Assembly: GCA_965205505.1 (NCBI GenBank)
Contig: CBDBHB010000009.1
Span: 896,001-960,000 of the forward strand
Length of the DNA: 64,000 bases
Direction of reading: 5' to 3'
Source: Acidobacteriota bacterium
GTDB taxonomy: Bacteria > Acidobacteriota > UBA890 > WLXD01
Shown here: piece by piece, positions 21,328 through 28,385 of the stretch
Numbering within the stretch: the first letter of the stretch is position 1
How the letters are laid out: the number at the start of each line of letters is the position of its first letter
Notes under the pieces: generated by a model
What the model was told of the DNA's origin: nothing
Database searches by the model: none
What the model saw: only the letters and a program-made list of their open reading frames with translations
Position numbers and translations under genes: made by a program

Positions 21328-22572
21328 CTAGACAGGGCGCAGCATCGGCACCACCTTGCCGCCCTCAGCACTCAGGTAGGCGGCCCAGTCTTCCATCAGC
21401 TTCCGGCGCCGCTCCAGCAGGTCCGAGCGCGCATAGGCCGCCTCGGTGGGGTCGCGCACCGCATGCGCCAGCGCCGCCTCCATGACCGCCCGCGGTGCGT
21501 TGGTGCACTCCGCCGCCCAGTCCCGGAACGATGAGCGAAACCCGTGCGGTACCGCTTCAATGCCCAACTGCCGCAGCACCCGGGAAAGGGTCGCGTCCGC
21601 CAGCGGCCTGCCGGCCCGTGCACCGGGAAACACCAGCCCCTCGCCATCCCTGAGCCCCCGCGCCTGGCGCAGGATCTCCATTGCCCGGCCCGATAGCGGT
21701 ACCCGGTGCGCCCGGTTCGACTTCATGCGCTCGGGTGCAAGAGTCCACTCCCTCGCCTCCAGGTCCATCTCCTGCCAGGTAGCCAACCGCACCTCGCCGG
21801 AGCGGGCCGCCGTCAACACCAGAAACTCCAGGGCCAGCTTCACCACCCCGGAGGCATCCGAAGCCCGTACCGCCTCGATCGCACCGTCCACCTCGGCATG
21901 CGGCAACGCCCGCATATGCTGTCGCCGCTTGCGGTGCCGTGGCAGCGCCTGGGTGATCGCCTCACCAGCCGGGTTGTCGCCACGGTACCCCTGCGCCATG
22001 GCCCACTTCATCACCGCACCGATGCGCGCCCGCACCCGCCGTGCGGTCTCGGCCTTGTCATGCCAGATCGGACCCAGTACCTCCAACACCTCGGCCGTCG
22101 TCACCTCCGACACCGGCATCTCACCGATGCGCCCGTACGCATAGGTGCGCAACTCCGTTTTCCATTGCGCCGCATACTTGGCGTTGCGCCACCCGGGGCG
22201 GTGCATCTCATACACCTTGGCCGCTGCTTGCGCGAACGTCGGCATGCCCTCGGCCCGGCGCTTGTCTGTCAGCGGGTCACCGCCGGCACGGGCCAGCTTG
22301 CGGTTGGCAAATGCCACCTCGCGCGCCTCCGACAGCGACACCAAGGGGTAGCCTCCGAGACCCAGTTCCCGGCGACGGCCCTGGATCACGATCCGCTGTA
22401 CCCAGCTGCGCGCTCCGCTCGGGATCACGTTCAGGTACAGGCCGTGTCCATCGCAGTACCGGCCCGGCTTCATTACCGTGCGTACAAACGCCGGCGACAG
22501 GGCCCGCTCCGGGTGCTTGCCGCTCTTGCGCCGAGGGCTGGGTTTCGGTGTAGTTGCTTGCGCATCGGCCAT
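21328..22572 (-). CDS. P4-like tyrosine integrase with arm-binding domain
   Basis: PGRYCDGHGLYL, LGLGGYPLVSLSEAR, TAARSGE, MKSNRAHRVPL, HGFRSSFRDW, LAH...AYARSD. Confidence 0.93.
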   Translation of the reverse strand: MADAQATTPKPSPRRKSGKHPERALSPAFVRTVMKPGRYCDGHGLYLNVIPSGARSWVQRIVIQGRRRELGLGGYPLVSLSEAREVAFANRKLARAGGDPLTDKRRAEGMPTFAQAAAKVYEMHRPGWRNAKYAAQWKTELRTYAYGRIGEMPVSEVTTAEVLEVLGPIWHDKAETARRVRARIGAVMKWAMAQGYRGDNPAGEAITQALPRHRKRRQHMRALPHAEVDGAIEAVRASDASGVVKLALEFLVLTAARSGEVRLATWQEMDLEAREWTLAPERMKSNRAHRVPLSGRAMEILRQARGLRDGEGLVFPGARAGRPLADATLSRVLRQLGIEAVPHGFRSSFRDWAAECTNAPRAVMEAALAHAVRDPTEAAYARSDLLERRRKLMEDWAAYLSAEGGKVVPMLRPV

Positions 22573-22735
22573 ATTCTGCCTCCCCCTCTCATTCCACCAT
22601 TAGAGGCTGGAACGTAGCGGATTTCACGGGAACACGCAAGATGGACGAATACTCGTAACTGTCTGACTATACTGATGCTTATGGACTAATAGGTCAACTC
22701 AGGAATGCACCGGATCTGGACGATGGCAGAGATTT

Positions 22736-23099
22736 CGAGCGCCAGCGTCAGCAAGATAACAATCGAGAAACCGGGGGAGCGGACCAGAGAACGAGCAGCG
22801 AAGCGCAGGTCTTTGAGTAGTAACACGAACATCTGGGCACCGTCCGGGGAGTCGAAGTAGGTTCGATGATGGAGGCGGGCCGCGCTGCTACGCTGGTCCC
22901 GGGTCACACGCCACAGGTCGCGCAGGGTCGATATCCAGAAGCGTGGCAAGGCCAATGACCGGCCCGAATGTCGGGCGGCACGATGACCATCGCGGAAGAT
23001 CGAGAGCATCTCGGCTGCCGCCTCATGCCGGAGCTCAGCCGGGGTCAGTCGCAGCAGCGCCGCGTAGACGCGCTCTGCACCGGTGACGTGCTTTCTCAC
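22736..23099 (-). pseudogene. 5' fragment (~120 codons) of the ADOP-type permease
   Basis: Same N-terminus as the gene starting at 12420; diverges after LTLAL. Confidence 0.9.
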
Positions 23100-23272
23100 C
23101 GCGTCTCCGGTACCGGGACCACCAGATCAACGTTAGCCCGTCGGACCAGCTCGGCCAGGCGCCGAGCCTCCGCGGTGGCTACTTCGTTGCCGGCCGGGGT
23201 CAGCCGATAGTACTGGCGACGCGCGTCTTCTCCTTCGTCGACCGCGCTGGTGTGCTCGATCAAACCCCGCGC
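22736..23272. repeat. 537-bp direct repeat, copy 2
   Basis: Matches 12057-12593. Confidence 0.95.
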
Positions 23273-23458
23273 GCGTAGCTCCTTGAGCGTTCGGTAGAGA
23301 GTGCCAGGACGGAGGATCGCCTGCTGCCCGACGTGCTCGTTGGCCCGCAGCATGATTCCGTAGCCGTGCAGCGGCGCCTCGCGAAGTACCACTAGGATGC
23401 TGAACACCACGGGCCGAAGCGGCAGGTGGGCTTCGGGGTCGATGATCGTTCGCGACAT
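23096..23458 (-). CDS. PadR-family transcriptional regulator
   Basis: HGYGIM...PGTLYRTLKEL...RRQYYRLT. Confidence 0.9.
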   Translation of the reverse strand: MSRTIIDPEAHLPLRPVVFSILVVLREAPLHGYGIMLRANEHVGQQAILRPGTLYRTLKELRARGLIEHTSAVDEGEDARRQYYRLTPAGNEVATAEARRLAELVRRANVDLVVPVPETR

Positions 23459-23564
23459 GGCGTACTAGATGAGATGAGAAGGCCAACCTCCTGACGCAGT
23501 AGTCTGACGGCTCTGCAAACGTTTCTTCAAACGTAACGGGCTCGAAGCCCAAGGAGGTTGGCCG

Positions 23565-24612
23565 ATGAGGAGTGTAACGATTGGACTGGACGTAAGCGAC
23601 CGGTACAGCCGTATGTGCGTGCTCGACAGTAAGGGCAGGGTGATGGAGGAAGGGCGGGTGAGGACGAGCCCGGAGGGGCTGGCGAGGCGGTTCGGGTGCG
23701 AGGAGCCCGCTCGAGTTAGTGCTGGAGGTTGGAACGCACTCGCCGTGGATGAGTGAGCAGTTGAAGCAACTGGGTCATGAGGTGCTGGTGGCTAACCCGA
23801 GGCGGCTGAAGCTGATCTATGGCGAGCACGACAAGACCGACCGGTTGGATGCCGAGCACCTGGCACGAGTGGGCAGAATGGACCCAAAGCTGCTTAAGAC
23901 GGTGCAGCATCGAGGCAGACAAGCGCGAGCGGATCTAGCCGTGATTCGGAGCCGAGATGCTCTGGTAAAGAGCCGCACGCAGTTGGTGAGCCATGTGCGT
24001 GGTGCGGTCAAGTCGGCCGGTTGTCGTATTCCCAGGTGCTCGACGCCGGCGTTCGCGCGCACCGCGCCAGAGCACATACCGGAGCGGCTCAAGGGAGCGC
24101 TCGAGCCGGTGCTTGAAACGATCGCCATGCTGACGGGCAACATCCAGCAATACGAGCGTCAGATCGTGCAGCTGTGCCAGGGGCGATACCCGGAGACACA
24201 GCAGCTCCAGCAAGTGGCCGGGGGCGGAGCTCTGACCGCACTGGCGTATGTGCTGACGCTCGAGGAGCCGGAACGGTTCAATACCTCCAGAGCCGTGGGC
24301 CCGTACCTGGGACTGAGACCGAAGAAACGGCAGTCGGGGGACAAGGACCCTGCGCTACGAATAACCAAGGCGGGCGACAAAATGCTCCGACGCCTGTTGG
24401 TGGGCTCGGCGCATTACATCCTGGGCCCCTTCGGGCCCGATACTGAGCTCAGACGCTGGGGGCTCAAGCTGGCCGGACGCGGTGGTCCTCATGGCAACAA
24501 AAAGGCAGCAGTTGCTGTCGCCCGTAAGCTCGCCGTTGTGCTGCACCGACTGTGGCTGAGTGGAGACGAGTACGAACCGTTGCGCGCACCTGTAGAGGTT
24601 TCAGCAGCATGA
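23565..24612 (+). CDS. IS110-family DEDD recombinase/transposase with a +1 frameshift at 23716-23717
   Basis: IGLDVS, VLEVGT, KTDRLDA, LGLRP...QSG, AVARKL; AGGAGG RBS. Confidence 0.88.
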
Positions 24613-24659
24613 ACTAACCCGCAACCAGGAGGTCGGTAGGGCGACGCGACCCAACGGTT

Positions 24660-24815
24660 ATCGATCTGACCGCCCGGTCCGGGCGACTGCGAAGGTCACT
24701 ACGAGCTTCGAGCTCGGCAGCTAGATTGCAGCGCCTCGATCGGGACGGACCCCAGAATGCACCGGACGACCTAGAACCCTCGTCCACCAGAGTGCGAATA
24801 GGAGCATGGCGTGCA
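24660..24815 (+). ncRNA. candidate bridge/seek RNA of the IS1111-type element (boundaries approximate)
   Basis: Structured non-coding region 3' of the transposase; internal-loop strands AGGTCACT and CTAG match the two sides of the insertion site. Confidence 0.6.
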
Positions 24816-24871
24816 GATCGCTAATCGAAGGGCACCATGTTGCCCTTGACCGAGCTAGGCCTTCTCATAGA

Positions 24872-25128
24872 AGTGGCCTGTAACAGATCATCGTTGCATA
24901 TCGTGGTGGCGAAATGGGTCCGGATGCCAGGCGCGACGACGAGACGATGTTTGCCCATCTTGGAGGAGGAGCAACGCCGCAGACGGGCTGATTTCGCCGC
25001 CAGTTGCGGGCGATATCGGCGTTGCGCCTCGTCGACGATGCCCACTGCATCGCCTTCCTCGCCGCGCCTTGATCTCACCCGCAAATCCCATCTGCGATAT
25101 GCAACGATCATCTGTTACAGGCCACTAG
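24872..25128. mobile_element. MITE-like element, family A (~260 bp)
   Basis: 32-bp TIRs with one mismatch (AGTGGCCTGTAACAGAT(C/G)ATCGTTGCATATCG), CTAG at both ends once the IS is removed, internal imperfect palindrome. Confidence 0.8.
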
Positions 25129-25159
25129 TTATGCTCGAGGGGAAAAGCCTTTGCTTACG

Positions 25160-25188
25160 AATATATCCATTATCGAATGGATAAGCAA
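25160..25188 (-). promoter_or_regulatory. sigma70-like promoter TTGCTT-17-TATATT with an overlapping palindromic operator, pointing toward padR
   Basis: -35 at 25188-25183, -10 at 25165-25160; palindrome TATCCATT-N4-AATGGATA at 25164-25183. Confidence 0.6.
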
Positions 25189-25320
25189 AGCGCTCTTGAT
25201 CCCGGTGCGGAGGGCTCGGTCGCCGTGTGGGCGCGCCCGGAGCTGCTCGCGCGAGATCGACGGGTGACCGGTAGACTACTGGCGCTCGTGTCGTCCGTAC
25301 CCAGACTTCGAGGTAACCAT

Positions 25321-26091
25321 ATGCGCTGGCTCTGCTCCGTGTGGATGTTGTCCTTGTTGGCGATCCTGGTCGCTTGCGGCGGGGCCGAGCCTGCCGCCGA
25401 GGACGCAGTCCCTAGCGTCGAGCCACCGGCGTCGGCCGAGCCACCGTCGGTCGAGCCACCGGCGGCGCCGCCGTCTCCCGAGTCGGAGCCGGAGCCGACA
25501 CCAACCGTCTTGCCGCCCCTGCTGAACCCGGCGCACCCCGACGCTAACGCCACGGCCCCGACGGAGTATCGGGTCGTCCTCGACACCACCAAGGGCGACA
25601 TCGTGCTGCAGATCTATCGCGATTGGGCGCCGCGCGGGGCGGACCGTTTCTACAACCTCGTGCGCGCCGGATTCTTCACCGACGTGCGGTTCTTCCGGGT
25701 CGTCGACGGGTTTGTAGCGCAGTTCGGAATGAACGGCGATCCTGAGGTGAACGCCGCCTGGGACGCGGCCGAGATGCCGGACGATCCGAGCATCGGCGAG
25801 ACCAATTCGCGCGGCCGCATAACTTTCGCGCACGCCGGGCCGAACACCCGCACCACACAGCTCTTCCTCAGCATCGGCAACAACGCGTTTCTCGACCGAC
25901 AGGGCTTCCCGCCGTTTGGCGAGATCGTCGAGGGCCTCGGTGTGCTGGACAGCCTCCATCAGGGGTACGGCGATTTCCCCCCGTCAGGTAGTGGACCCGA
26001 CCCGGGGCGGATTGGTGTGCAGGGCAACCGGTACCTGGAACGCGAGTTCCCGATGCTCGACTATGTGCGTCGCGCGCGCCTGCTCGAGTAG
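25321..26091 (+). CDS. cyclophilin-type peptidyl-prolyl isomerase, lipoprotein
   Basis: LVAC lipobox, Pro/Glu linker, DWAPRGADRFYNLV, FFRVVDGFVAQFG, NTRTTQLF. Confidence 0.9.
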   Translation: MRWLCSVWMLSLLAILVACGGAEPAAEDAVPSVEPPASAEPPSVEPPAAPPSPESEPEPTPTVLPPLLNPAHPDANATAPTEYRVVLDTTKGDIVLQIYRDWAPRGADRFYNLVRAGFFTDVRFFRVVDGFVAQFGMNGDPEVNAAWDAAEMPDDPSIGETNSRGRITFAHAGPNTRTTQLFLSIGNNAFLDRQGFPPFGEIVEGLGVLDSLHQGYGDFPPSGSGPDPGRIGVQGNRYLEREFPMLDYVRRARLLE

Positions 26092-26172
26092 CGGGGCCTG
26101 TCGGGTGTGCGCCCACCGGTCGGCCAGTCGACAGCACACTAGTGGCCAGATCCCGGACGGCGGCCGATCAAA

Positions 26173-27942
26173 GTGACGTTCGAGATCGGCATCCTGCTGT
26201 TTCTTCTCGTCGGGGCCATGGTGGTCTTCTCGATGGAGTGGCTGCCGATCGATGTGGTTGCCATCAGCCTGGTCGTGGCGCTGGTGCTACTGGGTATCCT
26301 CACACCGGCCGAGGCGTTCGCCGGCTTTGCCAGCGACGTGATCTTGGTGCTGTGCGCGATCTTTATCCTGTCGGGCACCCTGGTGCGCACCGGGGTGATG
26401 GAGGCGGTCGGCCGCTGGCTACACCGCTTGGCGGGCAACAGCGAGCGCCGCGTGGTGGCGGCGGTGATGACGCTCTCGGCTGCCATGTCGAGCTTTCTCA
26501 GCAACACGAACTCGACGGCCGTGTTGACGCCGGCGGTCATCGAGTTCTCGCGCCATAGTCAGCTCAGCCCGAGCCGGTTTCTCATTCCGCTGGCCTACGC
26601 GTCGATGCTCGGTGGGGCGTCGACGCTCATCGGCACGTCTGCCAACCTTGCCGCCAGTGGCTTCATGGAGCGCGCCGGTCTCGAGCCACTGGGCCTGTTC
26701 GAGCTCCTGCCGGTGGGGGCGGCGATGAGTCTTGTCGGGATCGCCTACACCGTTCTATTTGGCTACCGCCTGTTGCCAAAGACGGCGAAGCCATCGTTGA
26801 GCGAGGAGTATGACCTCGGGCGCTACCTGTCCGAGGTGGTGCTCGATGCCGACTGCGAGCTCCTCGGCCGCGACTTGATAGCGCTCGATCTCGCGGATCG
26901 TGGGGTGTACGTGTTGGCGGTGCGACGAGCCGGGACGCGGATACTGCCACGTCGTGCCGGCGTCTTGCGTGTCGGCGATGTCATGGTGATCGAGGCAGAC
27001 CGCCAGGCTTTGCTCGATCTCGAGGCGATGCCGGGGCTGGACTTCCAGCGCCCGATGCCGCTGGTCGACGAAGATCTGGAAGGTGACGCAGTGGAGCTGG
27101 TGGAGGCGATCATCATGCCAGGATCGTTGTTTTTAGGGCGAACGTTGCGCGATATCGGTCTACGTAGTCGCTATGGCGCCTCGGTTCTGGCGATCCATCG
27201 TCGCGGCGTGCCGTACGCGATCGGACTGCGCGACTTACGTCTCGCGGTCGGCGACATCATGCTGGTGCGCGGTGGCGCGGAACAGCTGGGTCTGCTCGAG
27301 GCCACCGGCGACCTGCGGTTGATCGGCGAGGTGGCGCACGAGCCTGCTGCGCGACGCAAAGGGCTCATTGTGCTCGGGGCACTCCTGGCTGCGGTGCTGG
27401 CGGGGAGCACCGGGATCATGCCGCTCTCGATCAGCTTTCTACTTGCCGTGTTGGTAATCGTGTTGTCTCGGTGCGTGGCGGTCGACGAGATGTATGCGAT
27501 GATCGACTGGCGGGTCATCGTGCTCATCGGGGGCATGACCTCGTTCGGGGTGGCGCTTCAGAAGACCGGCACAGCCGACTGGTTGGCGAGGTTGCTCGCC
27601 GACGCGGTCCTACCCTTCGGCACCTACGCAGTGATGGCCGCCTTCATCGCCCTGACGATGGTGCTCACGCAGCCGCTGTCGAATGCCGCCGCGGCCCTCG
27701 TAGTGCTGCCGGTAGCGCTGTCGGTGGCGGCGCGCATCGGCGTCGACCCTCGCGCCTTGGCGATTCTCGTGACCCTCGCGGCGTCGCTATCGTTCATTGC
27801 CCCATTCGAGCCGGCGTGCCTGCTGGTGTACTCGCCGGGCAGGTATCGCTTTCGCGATTTCATCGTGGCTGGCGTACCGCTGAGCCTCCTCGCCGTGGGC
27901 GTGCTGTTGCTTCTCGTTCCGGTCTTCTGGCCGCTCGGCTGA
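26173..27942 (+). CDS. SLC13/CitMHS-type permease with TrkA-C domains
   Basis: SSFLSNT, LGGASTLIGTSANL, two soluble RCK-C-like repeats, LSNAAA. Confidence 0.88.
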   Translation: MTFEIGILLFLLVGAMVVFSMEWLPIDVVAISLVVALVLLGILTPAEAFAGFASDVILVLCAIFILSGTLVRTGVMEAVGRWLHRLAGNSERRVVAAVMTLSAAMSSFLSNTNSTAVLTPAVIEFSRHSQLSPSRFLIPLAYASMLGGASTLIGTSANLAASGFMERAGLEPLGLFELLPVGAAMSLVGIAYTVLFGYRLLPKTAKPSLSEEYDLGRYLSEVVLDADCELLGRDLIALDLADRGVYVLAVRRAGTRILPRRAGVLRVGDVMVIEADRQALLDLEAMPGLDFQRPMPLVDEDLEGDAVELVEAIIMPGSLFLGRTLRDIGLRSRYGASVLAIHRRGVPYAIGLRDLRLAVGDIMLVRGGAEQLGLLEATGDLRLIGEVAHEPAARRKGLIVLGALLAAVLAGSTGIMPLSISFLLAVLVIVLSRCVAVDEMYAMIDWRVIVLIGGMTSFGVALQKTGTADWLARLLADAVLPFGTYAVMAAFIALTMVLTQPLSNAAAALVVLPVALSVAARIGVDPRALAILVTLAASLSFIAPFEPACLLVYSPGRYRFRDFIVAGVPLSLLAVGVLLLLVPVFWPLG

Positions 27943-28061
27943 GCTGACCGCCGAGCGAAGTTCGCATTTGCCGAAGAAACCCTCGACTTTCGCCGCCGAT
28001 GCGGCATCGCATCAGAGGACGGGCGCATTCCCGACGAACGGCCCGACATCGGAGAGTCGAA

Positions 28062-28385
28062 GTGAGAGGCAAGCACCTGGGCGAGCTCGAGGAGTTGGTG
28101 CTGCTGGCCGTGCTCGGACTAGGCCGGCAGGCATACGGCGTCGGGGTACAACAGCAAATCGAGCAGCGCACCGGCCGCAACGTGACGATTGGTGCGGTCT
28201 ACTCGGCGCTCGATCGCCTGGAGCGCAAGGGGTACCTGCGCTCACGCGTCGGGTCTCCTGGCACGGACCGCGGTGGCCGTCGTAAGCGGTTGTTCGCCAT
28301 CCGACAAGCGGGCCGACGGTCGCTAGAGCAGGTGCGCGCCGACCGCGCGGCGATGTGGCAGGTCGTCGAGCCGCACGATGCGTGA
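28062..28385 (+). CDS. PadR-family transcriptional regulator
   Basis: LGELEELVLLAV...AYGV...GAVYSALDRLERKG...RGGRRKR. Confidence 0.88.
   Translation: MRGKHLGELEELVLLAVLGLGRQAYGVGVQQQIEQRTGRNVTIGAVYSALDRLERKGYLRSRVGSPGTDRGGRRKRLFAIRQAGRRSLEQVRADRAAMWQVVEPHDA

Larger units (their letters stand above)
12594..22735. mobile_element. mosaic genomic island between 537-bp direct repeats
   Basis: Terminal tyrosine integrase, IS21 derivative, several truncated genes, flanking direct repeats. Confidence 0.65.
23467..24871 (+). mobile_element. IS110-family element, IS1111 type
   Basis: Sub-terminal IRs ATGAGAAGGCC (23474-23484) and GGCCTTCTCAT (24858-24868), 7 and 3 nt from the inferred ends; AG present at both junctions; TTGACC near the right end; removing the element restores a MITE terminus. 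Confidence 0.88.

Noticed and set aside
22703-24766. 12-mer GAATGCACCGGA shared by the integrase upstream region (22703-14) and the IS1111 non-coding region (24755-66)
   Set aside because: The match does not extend on either side, and a 12-mer match is plausible by chance in 64 kb.
26139-26148. ACTAGTGGCC, resembling the IS1111 target / MITE-A end
   Set aside because: Only 10 bp, with no further TIR similarity.
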